Of a stretch of 64,000 bases of DNA, positions 37,659 to 46,305 are shown piece by piece. Source of the DNA: Nitrospinaceae bacterium (lineage in GTDB: Bacteria; Nitrospinota; Nitrospinia; Nitrospinales; Nitrospinaceae); contig OZ250172.1 of assembly GCA_965237905.1 (NCBI GenBank), positions 1,632,001 to 1,696,000 of the forward strand, written 5' to 3'. The notes under the pieces are model-generated. The model was not told where the DNA came from. It was given only the letters and a program-made list of their open reading frames with translations, and searched no databases. A program made the translations under genes and the position numbers. The number at the start of each line of letters is the position of its first letter. Within the stretch, counting starts at the first letter, position 1.

Positions 37659-39029
37659 ATGTTAACCCAATCATTACCCTTGTCCAATCCAGGAGGATTC
37701 GACACTCTCAACCTCATCAGTCCCCTCTGCCGCGCGGTCAGCGAAGAAAAGTACACTCTGCCCACGCCTATTCAGATGGAAGCGATTCCACATCTGTTGC
37801 AGGGACGCGACCTTCTTGGATGTGCACAAACAGGGACCGGTAAAACGGCGGCCTTTGCCTTGCCCATTTTGCAAGGCCTCGCAAAACATAAAGAGAAACC
37901 GAGGCCCAAGGAGGTCCGGGCTCTAATCCTGACACCCACCCGCGAACTGGCGTTGCAAATCGACGAGAGTTTCCAGGTTTACGGACGTTATATAAAATTC
38001 AATCAAGCGGTCGTTTTCGGCGGGGTGAGCGCTAAAAATCAAATCCGCGCGTTATCGCGTGGCGTCGATGTTCTCGTCGCAACACCCGGAAGATTGCTCG
38101 ACCTGTTCAATCAGGGCTGTCTTCGCATGGACAAGATCGACGTGTTTGTCCTCGACGAAGCCGATCAAATGCTCGACATGGGATTTTTGCCCGACGTCAA
38201 AAAAATCTTCACCGCGATTCCGGCAACCCGCCAGACCGTGTTGTTTTCCGCGACTATGCCCGATGAAATCGTTCGCCTCACCCATAAGTTTCTCAACGAC
38301 CCGATCAAAGTCAGCGTTTCCCCTCCATCCAGAACCGTGGATAAAGTGGATCAGCGCATCATGTTTGTGGATCGGGAAAACAAGAGCGCTTTACTTGAAT
38401 CGATTCTCGAAGACGAAAGCGTCTATCGGGTTCTCGTATTCACGCGCACCAAGCACGGCGCCAACCGCGTCGCTAAAACTTTGACTAAAAAACGAATTCG
38501 GACCGAAGCGATTCACGGAAACAAATCACAATCGGCGCGTATGCAGGCATTGAATAAATTCCGCTCCGGACACGTTCGGGTTCTCGTTGCGACAGACGTC
38601 GCCTCCCGCGGCCTCGACGTAGATGACATCACCCATGTCATCAATTACGAATTGCCCAAGGAAGCAGAAAGCTATGTTCATCGAATCGGTCGGACCGCAC
38701 GCGCCGGAGCTACAGGCATAGCGCTTTCATTTTGCGATGCCGAAGAACGCGGTTATTTGCGGATGATCGAAAGAACTATTAATCAGAGTGTGACTGTGGA
38801 TAAGGATCATGCCTATCACTCCGACGCGATTGCATCCAGGTCAAGCCATCGAAGTGGGGATAACGGAAACGGGGGGAGAAGAGGAGCAGGAGCCGGAAAT
38901 AGAAATTCCAATAGGTTTTCTGCAAAGCCCGGTAGCAGACGGTCCTCGCAAAGAACCAACCCATCGGCTCCAGGCGGTTACGCTAAAAAGACCAAGTCTT
39001 TTCACGCCAAGCCACGCTCGGCTCGATAG
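37659..39029 (+). CDS. DEAD-box RNA helicase, RhlE-like
   Basis: PTPIQ, AQTGTGKT, PTRELA, TPGRL, DEAD, SAT, HRIGRTAR; basic Gly/Arg tail; GGAG RBS before ATG 37659. Confidence 0.95.
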   Translation: MLTQSLPLSNPGGFDTLNLISPLCRAVSEEKYTLPTPIQMEAIPHLLQGRDLLGCAQTGTGKTAAFALPILQGLAKHKEKPRPKEVRALILTPTRELALQIDESFQVYGRYIKFNQAVVFGGVSAKNQIRALSRGVDVLVATPGRLLDLFNQGCLRMDKIDVFVLDEADQMLDMGFLPDVKKIFTAIPATRQTVLFSATMPDEIVRLTHKFLNDPIKVSVSPPSRTVDKVDQRIMFVDRENKSALLESILEDESVYRVLVFTRTKHGANRVAKTLTKKRIRTEAIHGNKSQSARMQALNKFRSGHVRVLVATDVASRGLDVDDITHVINYELPKEAESYVHRIGRTARAGATGIALSFCDAEERGYLRMIERTINQSVTVDKDHAYHSDAIASRSSHRSGDNGNGGRRGAGAGNRNSNRFSAKPGSRRSSQRTNPSAPGGYAKKTKSFHAKPRSAR

Positions 39030-39033
39030 CCAG

Positions 39034-39070
39034 CCAGCGTGATGCTGGACCTGTGTTCTGAATTGCGCTT
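39034..39070. repeat. Modular palindromic repeat (A, E)
   Basis: CCAGCGTGATGCTGGACC 4 nt after the helicase stop; TGAATTGCGCT. Confidence 0.65.
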
Positions 39071-39077
39071 AAAAAAT

Positions 39078-39114
39078 AAACCCGGAAGATGATTACTCAT
39101 CTTCCGGGTTTTTT
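39078..39114. terminator. Bidirectional terminator between helicase and amt
   Basis: AAACCCGGAAGATGA-TTAC-TCATCTTCCGGGTTT with A and T flanks. Confidence 0.85.
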
Positions 39115-39136
39115 CTTTTTAGAAGGGGATTATGAA

Positions 39137-40369
39137 TCAGGAATATCTTGAGGTAACGTCTTCCGGATTCGACTCCACTTTGTGCACCGTGATGTCCGAG
39201 CCTTGCAGTTCATCGTCTTTTTCCAACCGGATGCCAAACAGGCTGTCCAGAGTTTTATAGACAATGAACCCGGCCACCAAAGCTACCGCCACCGCGGCCA
39301 GCGAGCCGATCAGCTGTGCCATAAAAGTGACGTCGCCTATCCCACCAAAGGACTTGAGCCCGAAAATGCCACAGGCAATGCCGCCCCAGGTTCCGCAAAT
39401 TCCATGCAGGGGCCAGACACCGAGCACGTCGTCGATCTTCAGTTTCTCCTGCTCCCAGGTAAACCCGTAAACGAAAATGACTCCCGCAATGCCGCCGATA
39501 AAAAAAGCGCCGATGGGATGTACTTGGTCCGACCCGGCGCAGATAGCCACCAGTCCCGCCAATGCACCGTTGTGGATAAAACCGGGATCGTTTTTGGAAA
39601 CGACCAGGGCAAACAGAATGCCACCGACCATGGCGAACAGGGAATTCATCGCCACCAGTCCGGAGATGCCCTTGATGGTAGCGGCGGACATGACATTAAA
39701 TCCGAACCAGCCGATGCACAACATCCATGCGCCCAACGCGAGAAAAGGGATATTGCTGACCGGGATGGGCCGGCTTCTGCCCTGCGAATCCCAGCGGCCT
39801 ATACGAGGCCCTAAAACAATAACGCCGACCAGTGCCAGCCATCCGCCCATGGAGTGAACGACGACTGACCCGGCAAAATCGTGGAAGGGAGCTCCGGCAA
39901 ACTTTTCCAACCAGGAACCTCCCTGACCCAGAAAAGTGATTTGCCCCCAGACCATGCCTTCAAAAAAAGAATACACCACGCCTACGAAAATTGCGGCGGC
40001 CACCGCCTGCGTCCAGAACTTGGCGCGCTCCGCGATACCGCCAGAGATGATCGCGGGAACCGCCGCGGCAAAGGTCAGCAGAAAAAAGAAATGCACCAGC
40101 TCATAGCCCTGTTTGTCAGCGACCAGGGTGTCGGCCGATTGATAAAAGTAAATTCCGTAAGCAATGGCATAGCCGATGGTGAAATAGATAACCGTGCTGA
40201 TCGCAAAGTCGACAATGATTTTCACCAAAGCGTTGACTTGATTTTTTTTGCGTACCGTGCCCACCTCAAGGAAGGCAAAACCGCCATGCATGGCAAATAC
40301 CATGGCCGCCCCCAACATCATGAATAGCACGTCTCCACTTTGCTCGAGAGCAAGGACATCATTTTCCAT
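39137..40369 (-). CDS. amt: Ammonium transporter
   Basis: IISGGIAER; HDFAGSVVVH; WFGFN; NGALAGLVAI; IDDVLGVWPLH (both conserved His). Confidence 0.95.
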   Translation of the reverse strand: MENDVLALEQSGDVLFMMLGAAMVFAMHGGFAFLEVGTVRKKNQVNALVKIIVDFAISTVIYFTIGYAIAYGIYFYQSADTLVADKQGYELVHFFFLLTFAAAVPAIISGGIAERAKFWTQAVAAAIFVGVVYSFFEGMVWGQITFLGQGGSWLEKFAGAPFHDFAGSVVVHSMGGWLALVGVIVLGPRIGRWDSQGRSRPIPVSNIPFLALGAWMLCIGWFGFNVMSAATIKGISGLVAMNSLFAMVGGILFALVVSKNDPGFIHNGALAGLVAICAGSDQVHPIGAFFIGGIAGVIFVYGFTWEQEKLKIDDVLGVWPLHGICGTWGGIACGIFGLKSFGGIGDVTFMAQLIGSLAAVAVALVAGFIVYKTLDSLFGIRLEKDDELQGSDITVHKVESNPEDVTSRYS

Positions 40370-40490
40370 AAGTTCCCCCTTTTTCTACTCGTCCTGAAAC
40401 CTGCCAAGAGTATAATGAATGTGCTCGAAGTATCGGCCGCCCTTGCATGCAAAGGTCCGAATTCACTTCCCCACCCGAGGCTCTGTTGAA

Positions 40491-42485
40491 ATGCCGCAAA
40501 TTATACAAGATTTAGCCCTCCTTTTGTTGGTTTCTTTGCCGATTAATGTGCTTTCCCATCGGATTCGCCTGCCCTCCATTATGGGATTTTTGATTGCCGG
40601 CATCTTGATTGGGCCCCACGGATTGGGAATGATTGGTAATCCTGCTTCAGTGGAAAACCTCGCTGAAATAGGGGTGATCCTGTTGCTGTTTATTATCGGT
40701 CTCGAGTTTTCAATTTCCCATCTGCTTAAAAATATGGCATCGATTACCGGAGCGGGTGTCCTGCAAATGGGTCTGACGATTGCGGCCTGGTATTTTATTC
40801 AAACGCATTACCTGGGAGACTCGGGATCGGTGGGCCTGGCGTTGGCCATGATCATTGCGCTCAGCAGTACCGCCATTGTTCTGAAGATGGTGACCGACCG
40901 TGCCGAACTGGATACCCTGCACGGCCGCACCTCCGTCGGCATCCTCCTGTTTCAGGACCTATGCGTCGTGCCTTTGATGTTGATGATCCCTTTGCTGGCC
41001 AACAGCGGAGAAACATCCGGCATGGATTTCGTCGCGGCCTTCGGTAAAGCTTTCGCCGCCGTGGCGGGAATCTTTTTTCTGTCCCGCCTGCTGGTTCCCC
41101 GATTTCTCGGCACCGTTGCGCGCATGGGAAGCAAGGAACACCTGACGCTTCTGGTGATTCTCATCATCCTGGGAACCGGATGGGTGTCGCACAAGCTGGG
41201 CTTGTCGCTGGCCATGGGCGCCTTTATCGCCGGACTGATCATCTCCGAGTCCGAGTACAGCCACCAGATCATCCTCGATATCCTGCCGCTGAGAGATTAC
41301 TTCAGCAGTATCTTTTTTATATCCATCGGTATGCTGTTGAACATCGGTAATTTTCTCGATGACTTTTCCACCATCCTGTTGCTCACTCTTGCCATCATCG
41401 TTTTAAAAATGGCCTCCGGTTTTCTCTCAGCAGTAGCGGTGGGAAATCCCGCGCGCATTTCTTTCATTGTCGGAATGCGCCTGGCTCAGGTTGGGGAGTT
41501 CTCTCTCATTCTTGCCGGCCTGGCCCTGGCTCAGGGACTGCTCACATCCAGCCACCACCAAATCTTTTTAAGTGTTTCGGTATTAACCATGCTGATCGCT
41601 CCGGTATTGATCCAGATTTCTTCTCCGGTATCCTATTTTCTTTTTTCCAAATGGGCTGGAGGGGGACCCCAGGAAGAACTGCCGGAACAACCGGGTGAAG
41701 AACTCAAAGCACATGTCATTATCGCAGGTTACGACGTCGTGGGCAGAAACCTGGCAAGAGTGCTCAAGGAAACCCACATCCCTTTCACGGTGGTGGAGTT
41801 GGATGGCGAGTTGATCAAACATGCGTTAACGGAGGAAGTGCCTATACTTTATGGAGACGCCAGCAACCGAGCCACGTTGGACCGGGCCGGAATCGCGCAG
41901 GCAAAAATTATCGTGTATTCCATACCCGATCATCAGGCCACCGGACAGTCGGTCCGGCTGGCGCGGACACTCAACCCGGATATCTTCATTATGGTGAAAA
42001 CCCGTTTCTCATCGCAGGTGGATGAGTTGAAGAAAGCCGGGGCTAATCAGGTCATCCCCGAAGAGTTTGAAACCTCCATTGAAATTTTTTCACGCGTGTT
42101 GAGGGAGTTTCGAATGCCCAACAACATCATCGAACAACAGGTGGAATTGGTTCGATTGGAAGGTTACGGGATGTTCCGGGGATTGTCTCTCAATATGGAA
42201 AGCATGCAGAATTTTTCCACCTACTTGACTGCGTCCCTCAGCCAATCGTATCAAGTTACAAAAGATTGCTGGTCTCACGGCAGGCAATTTGACCATTTGG
42301 AGCTGACCCGGAAAACCGGCGCCACGCTGATTGCTGTCGTACGCAACAACCATGCGGAACCCAATCCGCCCGGAGATTATCGTATCGAAACAGAGGATGT
42401 ACTCATTTTATTCGGACGGCACGCTCAAGTGGACCATGCGATGCGGCTACTGCGTTCAGGCCCTGGCGAAGCAACGACATCTTAA
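40491..42485 (+). CDS. CPA2/Kef-type cation:proton antiporter with TrkA-N and TrkA-C domains
   Basis: AEIGVILLLFIIGLE; LSSTAIV; GILLFQDL; LAQVGEF; HVIIAGY; YGDA. Confidence 0.92.
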   Translation: MPQIIQDLALLLLVSLPINVLSHRIRLPSIMGFLIAGILIGPHGLGMIGNPASVENLAEIGVILLLFIIGLEFSISHLLKNMASITGAGVLQMGLTIAAWYFIQTHYLGDSGSVGLALAMIIALSSTAIVLKMVTDRAELDTLHGRTSVGILLFQDLCVVPLMLMIPLLANSGETSGMDFVAAFGKAFAAVAGIFFLSRLLVPRFLGTVARMGSKEHLTLLVILIILGTGWVSHKLGLSLAMGAFIAGLIISESEYSHQIILDILPLRDYFSSIFFISIGMLLNIGNFLDDFSTILLLTLAIIVLKMASGFLSAVAVGNPARISFIVGMRLAQVGEFSLILAGLALAQGLLTSSHHQIFLSVSVLTMLIAPVLIQISSPVSYFLFSKWAGGGPQEELPEQPGEELKAHVIIAGYDVVGRNLARVLKETHIPFTVVELDGELIKHALTEEVPILYGDASNRATLDRAGIAQAKIIVYSIPDHQATGQSVRLARTLNPDIFIMVKTRFSSQVDELKKAGANQVIPEEFETSIEIFSRVLREFRMPNNIIEQQVELVRLEGYGMFRGLSLNMESMQNFSTYLTASLSQSYQVTKDCWSHGRQFDHLELTRKTGATLIAVVRNNHAEPNPPGDYRIETEDVLILFGRHAQVDHAMRLLRSGPGEATTS

Positions 42486-42525
42486 ACGGATCGGAAAAGT
42501 TGGAATCGGATAGAAAACGGTGGGG

Positions 42526-43167
42526 TTAAGCCGTCGTTCGCTGGGTGCCCGCTCCTTTTTGTGAAGCTTTTGCTTTCTTCATCGTGGAAGCAACGGACTT
42601 GATGGATCCACCCCGGCCGGCTCGGAACCGGGTTGGAATATGAGTGGGTAAAACAGGAAGCTGGCTCCCTTTAAAGTCAAACGCCTCTGTACGGGCAAAG
42701 GTGGCCAACAACTGGGCGGTATAATGCGCTTGAACAATATCTTCCATCGAGAAACAGTTGACTACCAGTTTTTTACCGCCGCCTTTAAGACCTTTCAAAA
42801 CCAGTTGCGGGATATACTGACCTCTTGCTCTACCCAACACATCCGCCATCACCGTGACTTTTTCCACCAGATTAAACGGAAGGATCTGGGATTTGCCGAA
42901 TTTGGTGATTCCGGACAGGTGAATTTTCCGGGTCCTGCCCGCCAATATAATGGTTGGCCTCCGCTTCAAGTACCATAACGTTCCCCACCACAATCCTCCG
43001 GTCAAGAGAACCCACCAAATGGCGGTACTGAATTCATAAGCGGAAAGAACAAAAGTGAGCAGAATCAGCCCTGCGCATTTGACGTACTTGACCATATCTT
43101 TCAATTCCTCGGTCACGCGAGTGGTCAAGAATACATCGGGATTTATATAATTGGTTTCAAGCGGCAT
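42526..43167 (-). CDS. Hypothetical membrane protein, two TM segments
   Basis: 213-aa ORF with two hydrophobic segments and a basic tail; no recognised motif. Confidence 0.6.
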   Translation of the reverse strand: MPLETNYINPDVFLTTRVTEELKDMVKYVKCAGLILLTFVLSAYEFSTAIWWVLLTGGLWWGTLWYLKRRPTIILAGRTRKIHLSGITKFGKSQILPFNLVEKVTVMADVLGRARGQYIPQLVLKGLKGGGKKLVVNCFSMEDIVQAHYTAQLLATFARTEAFDFKGSQLPVLPTHIPTRFRAGRGGSIKSVASTMKKAKASQKGAGTQRTTA

Positions 43168-43356
43168 AGTGGCAACAGATTTCCAGCATTTCTTAATAAA
43201 GGACTGAACGAAGGGTATCCTTTAAAGTTAAGTGATGCAATGGGGTTTGTCAAAGGGGTTTATCAAACAAACTTTGAGTGGTTTTCAATCCTTTGAAAAA
43301 CCCGGTATTTTATTGATTAGTTAGAGGTAATCCACTTCATATAATATAATAACTCT

Positions 43357-43896
43357 ATGAACTGTCCGGCGTGTCACCACGAATTGAAACTCCTGCAGAT
43401 TACGGGTGTTAAAGTGCATGCCTGTGAAGGCAGTTGCGGCGGTCTCTGGTTCGAGTGGAACCAGCTCAAAAAACTGAAGGACCGGAATGCGGCGGCAGGC
43501 GCCGAATTGCTCCACGTGGAACGGGCCGATGGTGTCCACGTTTTCAGGGATATTCAACATCCCTGCCCCAAATGCATACACACGTTGCTATACCGGCACT
43601 GTTTCAGCAAACCCTTCAATTATGAGGTCGACCAGTGCTCCAAGTGCGGTGGGTTCTGGCTGGATGTGGGTGCCCTGGCCCACCTGTCGCTGAAGTCGCC
43701 AACCGAATCGGATCAACAAACCGCAAAGGCGTATTTCAAAAGCCTGTTCGAGGAAAGTTTAAAGCCTGAAAACCTGACCCATCCGGATACCCAGGAAGCG
43801 GCACAAATCATTTACGATCTGTTCCGCTTCCTGACCCCGCAACCGCTGTTCCCGGCGGAGTACCTCCGCCTCCTACCCGGAGGGGGAACTAGCTGA
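43357..43896 (+). CDS. Tandem zf-TFIIB-like zinc-ribbon protein
   Basis: MNCPAC...CEGSCGGLWF and CPKC...DQCSKCGGFWLD. Confidence 0.8.
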   Translation: MNCPACHHELKLLQITGVKVHACEGSCGGLWFEWNQLKKLKDRNAAAGAELLHVERADGVHVFRDIQHPCPKCIHTLLYRHCFSKPFNYEVDQCSKCGGFWLDVGALAHLSLKSPTESDQQTAKAYFKSLFEESLKPENLTHPDTQEAAQIIYDLFRFLTPQPLFPAEYLRLLPGGGTS

Positions 43897-43973
43897 CCGC
43901 TAGGGACTAAAGAGATTCGCTGAGCGCAATTCAGAAATTGGGTCCCGCGTGACGCTGGCCTCCGGGGAGGAGC
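43855..43973. repeat. Modular palindromic repeat cluster (D, C, E, A, partial C) overlapping a gene 3' end
   Basis: GCGGAGTACCTCCGC; CTCCTACCCGGAGGGGGAACTAGCTGACC; GAGCGCAATTCA; GGGTCCCGCGTGACGCTGG. Confidence 0.75.
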
Positions 43974-44123
43974 TGGGGGATCAAATATTGAATGATCTAA
44001 ATCGCCGCCTCTTCTCTCTAAAGCCTTAAAATTCATCGCTGTGGAGCCTCTTGCCAACGGACACAACCCCTAATATTGATATCCAATTAATTGGGTAATA
44101 TCAGGAAAATCAAAGGTATAAAA

Positions 44124-44143
44124 AATACCCCTGTTGGGGTATT
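44124..44143. promoter_or_regulatory. Perfect inverted repeat upstream of the PilX-like gene
   Basis: AATACCCC-TGTT-GGGGTATT. Confidence 0.4.
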
Positions 44144-44332
44144 GTATGAGGTCGATTTGAGCGATACCCTTACATCATACATTTACCCCAGGCACTGTAA
44201 ATATACTTCTTTTGATTGGGTCCGTAGATTGCTTGCTTTTATTATGACCTGAGATTTGAATATTAGTTGTGATTTAAGAACTCAAAAGCTGAAATTTCAT
44301 TTCAATGATATTAGAAATTATCTGAATGGGAC

Positions 44333-45649
44333 ATGAGTATGAAAGCAGAAAATAAAAACAACTCTCACTTTACCCCCTCGCTCCGGAACGAATCCGGGAT
44401 CGCGATGATTTCGGCTCTGCTGCTCCTGGTTGTTATGGTTGCCATGGCGCCTATGGCCGTAAGATTGACAATGGGAGAAATAAACCGGGTTAATGAGTTC
44501 AAGGGAAGCAAGCAAGCGTTTTTTGTCGCCGAGGCGGGATTGGAACATGCCAAACTCTTGATCGAACAAAGTTCCACGGAAGCGGCTCTGTTCGGTCCGG
44601 ACGACGTTGTATCCGCAACGCCCGGTGATTCCGTCAATGACGATAACGGCACTTTCGGCGCCGGAACCTTGTTCACCGGAACCGATGGCAATGTCTACGA
44701 CGAAGTGGCCTTCAACGGCAGTACCTATTATATCCGCGCCTATGACAACGATGATGGTGATGGCGACCCGACGACTGATGCCGATAACCTCATTATGGTG
44801 TCCGCTGTGGGCGTTGTTGATGGCAACACCAGCACGGTGGAAGCTACCATTTATAGTCCTCCCGGAGTAGTAAATGCGGTCACAACCAACGGAAATCTCA
44901 ACATATCAAATCACTCTGACATACTTGGAGATTGTAGCGACATTCATGCCAATGGCGATTTGGATATTACGGGGGGGGTGACTATGGATGGGATTGGCAC
45001 CGCTACCGGAACCTACCAGTACGCCGGTTCAACCGTTTCTACGGGTGATCACGATATTGATGTCCCCTTTCTTGATCCCACTCAATATGAACAATATGCG
45101 GACTACAAACTCGCCGCAGACAGCAATGTCTATGACGCCAATGGTAACTTTGTCTCAAGTTCGCCCTGGAACGGTTGGAATCATTCAGGTTCCAAATGGT
45201 CCTTGTCCGACGACTTTCCCGCAGACGTGTCGCTCTATGTGGAAGGGGACGTCCAGATATCAAATAACCCGACTGGACCATGGGCGGTAACCATTATCGC
45301 CACAGGCTACATTGATGTCTCCAGTGGTAATGGCGAGTTCATAAACAAAAAGAATCCTTCCGATCCGGAAGAAATTCAAAATATATTTATGCTGGCGGGA
45401 ACCGATCTTAAGTTCAAAGGTAACAATATTCATACCATCGAGGGTCTGTTCTATGCCAAGGAACAAATAGACATGAGCGGGGATACCCGTATTGAGGGAG
45501 CCGTCATGGCCTATAATGGCTCTGCGTCAGAAAGTTTGGTAACTGCAAACAAGATCCGTGATGATGTCGCTATTACATATGGTTGTGGTTTGGTCGTACC
45601 GGGACTCTTGGGGCAAGTGAACGTAGTTTCGTGGAACGAGATAAACTGA
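44333..45649 (+). CDS. PilX-like minor pilin with large extracellular domain
   Basis: Prepilin-type NESG/IAMISALLLLVV; QAFFVAEAGLEHA; DNDDGDGD loop; Gly/Asn/Asp-rich beta region; C-terminal SWNE. Confidence 0.75.
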   Translation: MSMKAENKNNSHFTPSLRNESGIAMISALLLLVVMVAMAPMAVRLTMGEINRVNEFKGSKQAFFVAEAGLEHAKLLIEQSSTEAALFGPDDVVSATPGDSVNDDNGTFGAGTLFTGTDGNVYDEVAFNGSTYYIRAYDNDDGDGDPTTDADNLIMVSAVGVVDGNTSTVEATIYSPPGVVNAVTTNGNLNISNHSDILGDCSDIHANGDLDITGGVTMDGIGTATGTYQYAGSTVSTGDHDIDVPFLDPTQYEQYADYKLAADSNVYDANGNFVSSSPWNGWNHSGSKWSLSDDFPADVSLYVEGDVQISNNPTGPWAVTIIATGYIDVSSGNGEFINKKNPSDPEEIQNIFMLAGTDLKFKGNNIHTIEGLFYAKEQIDMSGDTRIEGAVMAYNGSASESLVTANKIRDDVAITYGCGLVVPGLLGQVNVVSWNEIN

Positions 45650-45726
45650 TTCGTACCCGCGAAATTCCGGCCCAATAAAAATGGCACAGCCGTTTGGGGC
45701 TGTGACCACGGACCGGAATAGGCATA

Positions 45727-46122
45727 ATCCCCCCCGTCCCCCCTTTACAAGGGGGGCTCAAAATCCTGTTCATCCTGCTGATCCCGTTATCCTGTCAAAG
45801 CCCCCGGTCCCTTCTTCGACAAGATCAAGACAGGCTGGCCCTGTTCCTCAGAATGACAAACCGTTTCCCCCTCCTTGAAAAGGAGGGGTTAGGGGTGGTT
45901 GATATCAACCCCTCCCAGCCTCCCCTTAAAAAGGGGAGGAGTATCTGGTTTTCTCCGTGCCCTCTGTGGCCGGGCAAGGCCCGGAGCAAATTTGGGTCCA
46001 GCGGTCACACTGGCCTCCGGGTAGAAAGCGGAGTACCTTCGCAAGTCACTTGAAGCCCTTGATCGCGCCCGGCGAATCTCTTTTGGCGGTAACGGTCAGC
46101 CAGCTCCCCTTCCGGGTAGGAG
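45727..46122. repeat. Dense mosaic of short palindromic intergenic repeats
   Basis: Three C-rich/G-rich hairpins, ATCCTG x4 unit, CTCAGAATGACA, CTCTGTGG, then modules B (45969), A (45998), D (46028), C reversed (46094). Confidence 0.8.
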
Positions 46123-46228
46123 CAAATTTTGCCCGATGGGTATTTCTTGCCCGATGATCCCAGGGAACAAACTTCTACCTCCCACCATAACGCACAAAAA
46201 ATCAATAATTTGAAAGATAACTTTTGTT

Positions 46229-46244
46229 TGGCACAGGGCTTGCT
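46229..46244 (+). promoter_or_regulatory. sigma54 -24/-12 promoter of fliK-flgD-flgE
   Basis: TGGCAC-AGGGC-TTGCT, consensus match 61 nt upstream of fliK. Confidence 0.85.
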
Positions 46245-46305
46245 CCCTATAAGTCGAATCATTACTCGAATTGTGTGTTTTGATCAATTTTAAGGGAATC
46301 AGTCA

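Noticed and set aside
45573..46287. Several short ORFs between the PilX-like gene and fliK
   Set aside because: They are translations of the repeat mosaic (e.g. NPVHPADPVILSK, PSQPPLKKGRS) with no RBS or domain signal.
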